DNA of 64,000 bases, from NCBI GenBank assembly GCA_964016885.1, contig CAXHJY010001477.1, positions 310,001 through 374,000 of the forward strand, in the 5' to 3' direction. This document shows, in pieces, positions 43,247-53,000 of the stretch. This DNA is from Eledone cirrhosa (taxonomy: Eukaryota). Each line of letters begins with the position of its first letter. Within the stretch, counting starts at the first letter, position 1. A program made the translations under genes and the position numbers. The notes under the pieces were generated by a model. The model was not told the origin of the DNA. It saw only the letters and a program-made list of their open reading frames with translations, and did not search any database.

Positions 43247-43760
43247 AGGCATGCAGCCTAGTGGTTAGGGTGATGATGATGATGATGATAGACTGTATCT
43301 TTCTCACGTAAGGTCATACATTCTACCAAGTGTACAGGAGAGGTTGTCATGTCTTTTAACACAAACTGAAGGAGTCTCCCAACCCCTTTCTTTGGCAAGC
43401 TTTCTACAGTTGGATGCCCTACCTAATACCAGCCACTTTACAGAGTGTACTGAGTGTTTTTACTGTGTAAATAACCAACACTAGGGAGATTGTCCTTGAC
43501 ACAACTAAAGGGTTCTCCCAACACTGCTTGGCAATTATAAAGCCATGGGTTCTATTCTTGGATTAGGTGTTATGTTGTGTTTTGAGTAAAACATTTCACA
43601 TTGCTTTAGTTAACTGAGCAGTAGCTGCGGGTTAACCCTGTGATGGACTGGTGTCCTGGTCAGGTGTGGTGCTTCTACCCTCAGTCATTTAATGCAAATG
43701 AAATCAAGATAAGCATTGAACTGCTGTGCCTCCAGTCTTTGGGCAAACTTTAACTTTTAT
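43247..43760 (+). mobile_element. Degenerate tRNA-derived SINE interrupted by a nested insertion
   Basis: A-box-like gcagcctagtggttagggtg (about 43254-43272) and B-box-like gggttctattc (about 43547), then ttgtgttttgagtaaaaca...aaccctgtgatggactggtgtcctggtcagg...gaaatcaagataagc...actttaactttta. Confidence 0.6.
43330..43470 (-). mobile_element. SINE fragment (ttggcattaggaagggcatcc-type), antisense, nested in the previous element
   Basis: aactgaaggagtct...ggcaagctttctacagttggatgccctacctaatacc is visibly homologous to 46921-46980 in this window. Confidence 0.6.
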
Positions 43761-43964
43761 GATTGAGAAAATATAATTTTGAAGGCGCTATATTATTCTA
43801 TTTGTCATGACGTGTTCTAGTGTTATGCTTTAAACAACCTCAACTATGAAATGAAATCACTGATATAATCAAAATATTTGAATGATTTGGTGGCTTGTAA
43901 AATTGAGTTTAATTGCTTCTATGGTAAAACCTTACCTATAATCTACTTAACATGGTAAAAATAT

Positions 43965-44270
43965 GAGGCTTAGTGGTTAGAGTGTTGGGCTTGAGTCTCA
44001 GACCAAACAGCACATTATATCCTGAACAAGACACTTTATTTCACGTTACTCGAGATCACTTACCTAGAAAAAACGAGTTGCAACAACACTGGTACCCTGG
44101 CAACAACACTGGTACCCTGCTCTATCAGCCTTTGCTTTTGACAACATTGTTGAGATAGAGAGAAGAGAGACTGACTGCTGGTTTTCCACCACCTTGTTCG
44201 GGGCTGCACCTTAGAGAGGAACAGCAGGTGCAAACCCATGAACATTCATAAATAACCAAAAGGAATGTTA
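43965..44270 (+). mobile_element. Degenerate tRNA-derived SINE of cephalopod type
   Basis: Head ggcttagtggttagagtgttgggc; body tgaacaagacactttatttcacgtt...gactgctggttttcca...aggtgcaaacccatg; internal 20-bp tandem duplication at 44080-44119. Family recognised from memory of octopus repeats. Confidence 0.65.
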
Positions 44271-44380
44271 CTTAACACTGTGGAAACCAAATTTGAACAC
44301 CTATAGATCATTGTCGTTTGGAGAAGGAATAACTGCTGAGTGTGAAGGCTTGATTAAACTACTTGATCTGTTACAATGAA

Positions 44381-44590
44381 TTAACCCTTTTGTTAGCCTC
44401 TTTCAAATGAAAGATGTTCTCTGCAATCTTCAAATAATTTAGGAAATAGTCAAGAATCTAGAAGGATTTAGTAATATAACTAACTTTTTCATTATTAAGC
44501 AGGTGTTTGGAGCATAATTTAACAAAGTTTCTTACATAAAATTATGAGTGAAATTGTAGAACCAGAGACTGTTTCAGGCAGTTTGGTATC
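44381..44590 (+). mobile_element. Possible MITE/DNA-transposon remnant beginning TTAACCC (piggyBac-like terminus)
   Basis: ttaacccttttgtta...atttagtaatataact...cattattaagcaggtgtttggagcataa resembles a common octopus repeat; the second terminus was not found. Confidence 0.35.
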
Positions 44591-44593
44591 AAA

Positions 44594-44655
44594 CTTAATG
44601 CCACAGAAACCAAGATAAGCACCATCCTGATGAGCCTCTAGGTTCGTGATTGTAG
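44594..44655 (+). mobile_element. SINE 3' fragment (gccacagaaacc family)
   Basis: cttaatgccacagaaaccaagataagcaccatcctgatgagcctctaggttcg is homologous to 46048-46135. Confidence 0.65.
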
Positions 44656-44699
44656 ATATATAAGTATATACTGTGTGTCGTGCTGTTTTCAGAGTAGCT

Positions 44700-44840
44700 A
44701 TACTATATCCCTGTGAGTTGTAAGAGTTGAAAGGATTTAGTGTCAGGAAGAACATACAACAAAACACTGCCCCCCAAAAGTCCCATCCAACCCATGTCAG
44801 TTAAACAAGAGATTAAAATGATTATGAAGAGGACGATGTT
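44700..44840 (+). mobile_element. SINE 3' end with RTE-type tail
   Basis: tagtgtcaggaagaacatac...cccatccaacccatgtcag...attaaaatgattatgaagaggacgatg; an inverted relative lies at 46801-46985. Confidence 0.5.
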
Positions 44841-45004
44841 TATGATATGATTGATTTGGAAGAATAGGAACGACAGAAACAAGCATGGAACTTGGTGACA
44901 ATTCTAGAAGAGAGGAGAGTGTGAAATAGTGAAGTATTTACATTTTCCCCTCAAAAACTATTAGCAAAGTAAATAAAAAGTGTTAAAATTTGTCCCAAAC
45001 CGAA

Positions 45005-45180
45005 AGGCTCATCAAACTGGAAGAGTTTATCCTAGTTTCACAGGTATTAAGTGAGTGACAAGACTCAGGACAGGATACCAATCTATCACAGGCATTAAGT
45101 GACCGAGAGTACAAGACTCTGGGCAGGATACCAATCTATCACATGGCTAACAACCAACAGTAACTGATACTCATTTAGCA
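45005..45180 (-). mobile_element. Antisense copy of the gccacagaaacc SINE family with an internal ~50-bp duplication
   Basis: aggctcatca...ttatcctagtttcacaggtattaagtga is the reverse complement of the 44594/46048 motif; the block cacagg.attaagtga...acaagactc..ggcaggataccaatctatcaca occurs twice. Confidence 0.6.
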
Positions 45181-45278
45181 AAGTAAAAAAAAAAAGAAAT
45201 TAATTAAAAAACGTCTATTGTAAACAAGAGTATAATGGAAATGTTTAAAATTCAAAAGACATTAATATATAAACTTAC

Positions 45279-45354
45279 CGAAGCTTCATCTTCATATTTT
45301 GGTTCACTGGGCTGTGTAGTACGGTGGTACTGTCTACGTAGGTGTAATGTTAGT
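45279..45354 (-). CDS. PDZD8: Internal coding exon (76 nt, phase 2 to 0), last beta-strand of the PDZ domain
   Basis: Acceptor ttgtattttgtag|A and canonical donor TCG|gtaagt. Only one frame is open, (R)LTLHLRRQYHRTTQPSEPKYEDEAS, and it is the frame required by the upstream exon (split codon AG|A = Arg). Confidence 0.85.
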
Positions 45355-45495
45355 CTACAAAATACAAGGAGGACTTAAGTTGTAATATCATTATTTTATT
45401 TATTGATTTTGTGAATTTCAACACAACAACAACAATGGTATCTGAAACCACATATGATTCCCAACGCATGAAATAGAAAAAGATCCAATGACTTG

Positions 45496-45802
45496 ATTGG
45501 ACCAAAGAAACTATGTTTCCATTGACCTTTCCATTAATGACACTGTCTGTCACAACTCCTGGTAGAGGTGTCACCATTTCCCAGCGATTACACAGAACCA
45601 GGTCAGATATTTCTGTATTCTACAAACTTAAAAATAATCTCTCCAGATCCTTAATCTCATTCTAAAAAAAAAAGTTAATCGTCAAATTGGACCAAGGAAA
45701 CAATATTTCCATATGTTTTACCATTGCTGATACTCTCTGCCAGTGTCAACTCCTGGCAAGAGGTAGGATTTGATCTCAGAATACACAGAACCAGGTGAGA
45801 TA
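45496..45802. repeat. Diverged direct repeat, two ~115-bp copies 190 bp apart
   Basis: attggaccaa.gaaac.at.tttccat...ccatt..tga.act.tctg...caactcctgg...acacagaaccaggt.agata at 45496 and 45686. Confidence 0.75.
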
Positions 45803-45955
45803 CCACAAAGTATCCTGTATGACTTATTAACAATTCCACCAATCCATCACCTTTCGACTGGTCACACAAAAAGGATGAAAGATAATGGAGACCTTGGCAG
45901 AATTTGATGTCAGAGCACATTGAGACAGAATAAATGCCAAAGTATTTATCTTACC
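45764..45955 (-). mobile_element. Two degenerate antisense SINE head fragments
   Basis: ggatttgatctcagaa...taccacaaagtat...caatccatcacct and gactggt...aggatgaaaga...gaccttggcagaatttga are both homologous to 46140-46283. Confidence 0.55.
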
Positions 45956-46047
45956 ATTTTCTACCACAATAATAGGGGTGGAGTGGTGACAATTGATTAG
46001 ACAACGATGTCTTCCCTTAGTATATTTACTAAGTATATTTAGTATAT

Positions 46048-46135
46048 TTACTCTCAGTCACTTCACGCCACAGAAACCGGGATAAACACCAGCCTGATGA
46101 ACCTCCAGGCTCGAGACAGACTTTAGACTTTTAGA
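46048..46135 (+). mobile_element. SINE 3' end (gccacagaaacc family)
   Basis: tactctcagtcacttcacgccacagaaaccgggataaacaccagcctgatgaacctccaggctcgagacagactttagactttta, with a short repeated tail. Confidence 0.65.
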
Positions 46136-46139
46136 TTCT

Positions 46140-46283
46140 ATGACTGGTACTATGTTATAATCAGCCTTGGATGGATGAAAGACAAAGTTGACTTTGATGT
46201 CAACTCAGAACGGTAGAAAATTGTAACTAAATACCACAAAGTATTTTGTCTGATGCTCTTCCAATTCTGTCAATCCACCACCT
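46140..46283 (-). mobile_element. Antisense tRNA-derived SINE 5' part
   Basis: gactggtact...ggatgaaagacaaagttgac...aactcagaacg...aaataccacaaagtatttt...aattctgtcaatccaccacct; the reverse complement begins aggtggtggattgacagaattg, like octopus SINE heads I recall. Confidence 0.6.
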
Positions 46284-46372
46284 TCAATAACAACAACATT
46301 AACAATAATAACACCCATAACAACAATAAAAATAATGACAATAACATAAACAATAACAACAACAACAACAAA
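46284..46372 (+). repeat. Degenerate (AAC/AAT)n microsatellite
   Basis: caataacaacaacattaacaataata...acaacaacaacaac. Confidence 0.85.
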
Positions 46373-46385
46373 AGTGTTCACTAAC

Positions 46386-46468
46386 CTTTCCCCTGCATTT
46401 TTTGTTAATTTCACAGCTTGTTTCACAGATGTAATTTTTGTTGATCCCAATGACAGGAGTATGTCATT
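46386..46468 (-). CDS. PDZD8: Internal coding exon (83 nt, phase 0 to 2), C-terminal half of a PDZ domain; PDZD8-like
   Basis: Acceptor tttctctctctctacag|AAT and donor GAAAG|gttagt. NDILLSLGSTKITSVKQAVKLTKNAGE(R) fits the PDZ GDxIL..AVxLxKxAG..LTL pattern and aligns without gaps to human PDZD8 as I recall it (GDRLIAIGGVKITSTLQVLKLIKQAGDRVLVYYER). Confidence 0.85.
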
Positions 46469-46471
46469 CTG

Positions 46472-46500
46472 TAGAGAGAGAGAAACAGTACTCTGAGAGA

Positions 46501-46588
<88 letters not shown>

Positions 46589-46615
46589 GAGAGAGGGAGA
46601 GAGAGATGGAGAGAT
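46472..46615 (+). repeat. (GA)n microsatellite, i.e. a (CT)n polypyrimidine tract abutting the exon acceptor on the minus strand
   Basis: About 120 bp of near-pure GA from 46495, plus a short GA run at 46473-46483. Confidence 0.97.
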
Positions 46616-46800
46616 AGTGATACCATTCAGGCAATCACAGACTGACAGACAATCAAACAAGACATAAATATTAATTAGAATATTAATTACAGCAGCATTT
46701 AAGACACATGTAAATATGTAAATATGACAAACATCAAAATAAAGAACTGGACAATCATTATTTGAAACTAGTTAGACCCATGGAAATTCCATAGTTGTTG

Positions 46801-46985
46801 ACATCATCATCATCATCATTTTAATGTCCGCTGTCCTTGCTAGCAAGGTTGGATGGGTCCACACAAAGTCAGTACTGAAGCAGAGCCACTGATCTTCCTG
46901 GAAGGTCAGGTCTTTCAAACAACTGAGGGTCTTCTGACACCTTTGTCAGGCAAGCTTTCTATGGCTTGATGCCCTTCTATTAAAA
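46801..46985 (-). mobile_element. Antisense SINE 3' part with RTE-type (GAT)n tail
   Basis: (cat)6 tttaatgtccgctgtccttgctagcaaggttggatggg...ggcaagctttctatggcttgatgcccttct; the reverse complement ends ccaaccttgctagc..gcggacattaaaatgatgatgat. Confidence 0.7.
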
Positions 46986-47015
46986 CAAAATAATTACTTG
47001 GACATAACATTTGTA

Positions 47016-50000
47016 AAATCACACCTGAGTTTGTTAAATTAATCTATCACCTGAAGAAGGATAAATCATACCTGAGTTTGTTAAATTAATTTATCACCTG
47101 AAGAAGGATAAATCATACCTGAGTTTGTTAAATTAATCTATCACCTGAAGAAGGATAAATCATACCTGAGTTTCTTAAATTAATCTATCACCTGACGACG
47201 GATAAATCACACCTGAGTTTCTTAAATTTATGTATCACCTGAAGAAGGATAAATCACACCTGAGTTTCTTAAATTAATCTATCACCTGAACAAGGATAAA
47301 TAACATCTGAGTTTCTTAAAATTAATCTATCACCTGAAGAAGAATATATCACACCTGAGTTTCTTAAATTAATCTATCACCTGAAGAAGGATAAATCACA
47401 CCTGAGTTTGTTAAATTAATCTATCACCTGAAGAAGTATAAATCACACCAGAGTTTCTTAAATTAATCTATCACCTGAAGAAGGATAAATCACACCTGAG
47501 TTTGTTAAATTAATCAATCACCTGAAGAAGTATAAATCACACCAGAGTTTCTTAAATTAATCTATCACCTGAAGAAGGATAAATCACACCTGAGTTTGTT
47601 AAATTAATCTATCACCTGAAGAAGGATAAATCACACCTGAGTTTGTTAAATTAATCTATCACCTGAAGAAGGATAAATCACGTCTGAGTTTCTTAAATTA
47701 ATCTATCAGCTGAAGAAGGATAAATCACACCCAAGTTTGTTAACTTAATCTATCACCTGAAGAAGGATAAATCACACCTGAGTTTGTTAAATTAATCTAA
47801 CACCCGAAGAAGGATAAATCACACCTGAGTTTATTAAATTAATCTATCACCTGAAAATAGATAAATAACACCTGAGTTTGTTAAATTAATCTATCACCTG
47901 AAGAAGGATAAATCACACCTGAGTTTATTAAATTAATCTATCACCTGAAAATAGATAAATAACACCTGAGTTTGTTAAATTAATCTATCACCTGAAGAAG
48001 GATAAATCACACCTGAGTTTATTAAATTAATCTATCACCTGAAGATGGATAATTAACACCTGAGTTTCTTAAATTAATCTATCATCTGAAGAAGGATAAA
48101 TCACAACTGAGTTTGTTAAATTAATCAATCACCTGAAGAAGGATAAATCACACCTGAGTTTGTTAAATTAATCTATCACCTGAAGGATAAATCACACCTG
48201 AGTTTCTTAAATTAATCTAAAACCTGAAGAAGGATAAATCACACCTGAGTTTATTAAATTAATCTATCACCTGAAGAAGGATAAATCACACCTGAGTTTG
48301 TTAAGTTAATCTATCACATGAAGACGGATAAATAATACCCGAGTTTCTTAAATTAATCTATCACCTGAAGAAGGATAAATCACACCTGAGTTTGTTAAAT
48401 TAATCAATCACCTGAAGAAGTATAAATCACACCAGAGTTTGTTAAATTAATCTATCACCTGAAGAAGGATAAATCATATCTGAGTTTCTTAAATTAATCT
48501 ATCACCTGAAGAAGGATAAATCACAACCAAGTTTGTTAACTTAATCTATCACCTGAAGAAGGATAAATCACACCTGAGTTTGTTAAATTAATCTAACACC
48601 CGAAGAAGCATAAATCACACCTAAGTTTGTTAAATTAATCTATCACCTGAAAAAGGAGAAATCACACCCGAGTTTCTTAACTTACTCTATCACACGAAGA
48701 AGGATAAATCACACCTGAGTTTCTTAAATTAATCTATCAACTGAAGAAGAATAAATCACACCTGAGTTTCTTAAATTAATCTATGACCTGAAGAAGGATA
48801 AATCACACCTGAGTTTGTTAAATTAATCTATCACCTGAAGAAGGATAAATCACACCTGAGTTTCTTAAATTAATCTATCACCTGAAGAAGGATAAATCAC
48901 ACCAGAGTTTCTTAAATTTATGTATCACCTGAAGAAGGATAAGTAACATCTGAGTTTATTAAAATTAATCTATCACCTGAAGAAGGATAAATCACACATG
49001 AGTTTGTTAAATTAATCTAACACCCGAAGAAGGATAAATCACACCTGAGTTTCTTAAATTAATCTATCACCTGAAGAAGGATAATTCACACCCGAGTTTC
49101 TTAACTTAAACTATCACCTGAACAAGGATAAATCACACCTGAGTTTCTTAAATTAATCTATCACCTGACGAAGGATAAATCACACCTGAGTTTGTTAAAT
49201 TAATCTATCACCTGAAGAAGGATAAATCACACCTGAGTTTGTTACATTAATCAATCACCTGAAGAAGTATAAATCACACAAGAGTTTCTTAAATTAATCT
49301 ATCACCTGAAGAAGGATAAATCACGTCTGAGTTTCTTAAATTAATCTATCAGCTGAAGAAGGATAAATCACACCCAAGTTTGTTAACTTAATCTATCACC
49401 TGAAGAAGGATAAATCACACCAGAGTTTCTTAAATTAATCTATCAGCTGAAGAAGGATAAATCACACCTGAGTTTGTTAAATTAATCTATAACCTGAAGA
49501 AGGAGAAATCACACCCAAGTTTGTTAACTTAATCTATCACCTGAAGAAGGATAAATCACACCTGAGTTTCTTAAATTAATCTATCACCTGAAGAAGGATA
49601 AATCACACATGAGTTTCTTAAATTAATCTATCACCTGAAGAAGGATAAATCACACCTGAGTTTGTCAAATTAATCTATCACCTGAAGAAGGATAAATCAG
49701 ACCTGAGTTTATTAAATTAATCTATCACCTGAAGATGGATAAATAACACCTGAGTTTCTTAAATTAATCTATCACCTGAAGAAGGATAAATCACAACTGA
49801 GTTTGTTAAATTAATCAATCATCTGAAGAAGGATAAATCACACCTGAGTTTGTTAAATTAATCTATCACCTGAAGGATAAATCACACCTGAGTTTCTTAA
49901 ATTAATCTAATACCTGAAGAAAGATAAATCACACCTGAGTTTATTAAATTAATCTATCACCTGAAGAAGGATAAATCACACCTGAGTTTGTTAAATTAAT

Positions 50001-53000
50001 CTATCACATGAAGACGGATAAATAACACCCGAGTTTCTTAAATTAATCTATCACCTGAAGAAGGATAAATCACACCTGAGTTTGTTAAATTAATCAATCA
50101 CCTGAAGAAGTATAAATCACACCATCTTTCTTAAATTAATCTATCACCTGAAGAAGGATAAATCATATCTGAGTTTCTTAAATTAATCTATCACCTGACG
50201 ACGGATAAATCACACCTGAGTTTCTTAAATTTATGTATCACCTGAAGAAGGATAAATCACACCTGAGTTTCTTAAATTAATCTATCACCTGAAGAAGGAT
50301 AAATCACACCTGAGTTTGTTAAATTAATCTATCACCTGAAGAAGTATAAATCACACCAGAGTTTCTTAAATTAATCTATCACCTGAAGAAGGATAAATCA
50401 CACCTGAGTTTGTTAAATTAATCAATCACCTGAAGAAGTATAAATCACACCAGATTTTCTTAAATTAATCTATCACCTGAAGAAGGATAAATCACACCTG
50501 AGTTTGTTAAATTAATCTATCACCTGAAGAAGGATAAATCACGGCTGAGTTTCTTAAATTAATCTATCAGCTGAAGAAGGATAAATCACACCCAAGTTTG
50601 TTAACTTAATCTATCACCTGAAGAAGGATAAATCACACCTGAGTTTGTTAAATTAATCTAACACCCGAAGAAGGATAAATCACACCTGAGTTTGTTAAAT
50701 TAATCTATCACCTGAGTTTCTTAAATTAATCTATCACCCGAAGAAGGATAAATCACACCTGAGTTTCTTAAATTAATCTATCACCTGAAGAAGGATAAAT
50801 CACACCTGAGTTTGTTAAATTAATCTATCACCTGAAGAAGGATAAATCACACCTGAGTTTATTAAATTAATCTATCACCTGAAAATAGATAAATAACACC
50901 TGAGTTTGTTAAATTAATCTATCACCTGAAGAAGGATAAATCACACCGGAGTTTATTAAATTAATCTATCACCTGAAGATGGATAATTAACACCTGAGTT
51001 TCTTAAATTAATCTATCACCTGAAGAAGGATAAATCACAACTGAGTTTGTTAAATTAATCAATCACCTGAAGAAGGATAAATCACACCTGAGTTTCTTAA
51101 ATTAATCAATCACATGAAGAAGGATAAATCACACCTGAGTTTGTTAAATTAATCTATAACCTGAGTTTCTTAAATTAATCTATCACCTGAAAAAGGATAA
51201 ATCACACCTGAGTTTCTTAAATTAATCTATCACCTGAAGAAGGATAAATCACACCTGAGTTTGTTAAATTAATCTATCACCTGAAGAAGGATAAATCACA
51301 CCTGAGTTTATTAAATTAATCTATGACCTGAAAATAGATAAATAACACCTGAGTTTGTTAAATTAATCTATCACCTGAAGAAGGATAAATCACAACTGAG
51401 TTTATTAAATTAATCTATCACCTGAAGATGGATAATTAACTCCTGAGTTTCTTAAATTAATCTATCACCTGAAGAAGGATAAATCACACCTGAGTTTGTT
51501 AAATTAATCTATCACCTGAAGGATAAATCAGACCTGAGTTTCTTAAATTAATCTAATACCTGAAGAAGGATAAATCACACCTGAGTTTATTAAATTAATC
51601 TATCACCTGAAGAAGGATAAATCACACCTGAGTTTGTTAAATTAATCTATCACATGAAGACGGATAAATAATACCCGAGTTTCTTAAATTAATCTATCAC
51701 CTGAAGAAGGATAAATCACAACTGAGTTTGTTAAATTAATCAATCACCTGAAGAAGTATAAATCACACCAGAGTTTCTTAAATTAATCTATCACATGAAG
51801 AAGGATAAATCATATCTGAGTTTCTTAAATTAATCTATCACCTGAAGAAGGATAAATCACACCCAAGTTTGTTAACTTAATCTATCACCTGAAGAAGGAT
51901 AAATCACACCTGAGTTTGTTAAATTAATCTAACACCCGAAGAAGCATAAATCACACCTGAGTTTCTTAAATTAATCTATCACCTGAAGAAGGAGAAATCA
52001 CACCCGAGTTTCTTAACTTAATCTATCACACGAAGAAGGATAAATCACACCTGAGTTTCTTAAATTAATCTATCACCTGAAGAAGAATAAATCATACCTG
52101 AGTTTCTTAAATTAATCTATCACCTGAAGAAAGATAAATCACACCTGAGTTTGTTAAATTAATCTATCACCTGAAGAAGGATAAATCACACCTGAGTTTC
52201 TTAAATTAATCTATCACCTGAAGAAGGATAAATCACACCAGAGTTTCTTAAATTTATGTATAACCTGAAGAAGGATAAATAACATCTGAGTTTATTAAAA
52301 TTATTCTATCACCTGAAGAAGGATAAATCACACATGAGTTTGTTAAATTAATCTAACACCCGAAGATAGATAAATAACACCTGAGTTTGTTAAATTAATC
52401 TATCACCTGAAGAAGGATAAATCACACCTGAGTTTATTAAATTAATCTATCACCTGAAGATGGATAATTAACACCTGAGTTTCTTAAATTAATCTATCAC
52501 CTGAAGAAGGATAAATCACAACTCAGTTTGTTAAATTAATCAATCACCTGAAGAAGGATAAATCACACCTGAGTTTCTTAAATTAATCAATCACATGAAG
52601 AAGGATAAATCACACCTGAGTTTGTTAAATTAATCTATCACCTGAGTTTCTTAAATTAATCTATCACCTGAAGAAGGATAAATCACACCTGAGTTTCTTA
52701 AATTAATCTATCACCTGAAGAAGGATAAATCACACCTGAGTTTGTTAAATTAATCTATCACCTGAAGAAGGATAAATCACACCTGAGTTTATTAAATTAA
52801 TCTATGACCTGAAAATAGATAAATAACACCTGAGTTTGTTAAATTAATCTATCACCTGAAGAAGGATAAATCACACCTGAGTTTATTAAATTAGTCTATC
52901 ACCTGAAGATGGATAATTAACACCTGATTTTCTTAAATTAATCTATCACCTGAAGAAGGATAAATCACAACTCAGTTTGTTAAATTAATCAATCACCTGA

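Noticed and set aside
43965-44000. tRNA gene
   Set aside because: Only a degenerate A-box-like head of a SINE; no cloverleaf or intact B box.
45078-45143. aatctatcac shared between a SINE fragment and the 47-bp monomer (possible SINE origin of that satellite)
   Set aside because: A 10-bp match in AT-rich DNA with no flanking similarity; insufficient evidence.
43973-45920. Short ORFs at 43973, 44060, 44519, 45350 and 45675
   Set aside because: They overlap SINE remnants or intronic repeats, with no recognisable domains or supporting splice structure.
46205-46660. 151-aa and 67-aa ORFs as complete genes
   Set aside because: Mostly translations of (CT)n and (GTT)n microsatellites; only 46386-46468 in the 151-aa frame is a credible exon.
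47030-47055. Minus strand of the 47-mer translates GDRLI, as in the human PDZD8 PDZ motif, hinting at an exon-derived satellite
   Set aside because: Only 5 residues followed by a stop; the local exon reads NDILL and has a different splice phase; most likely coincidence.
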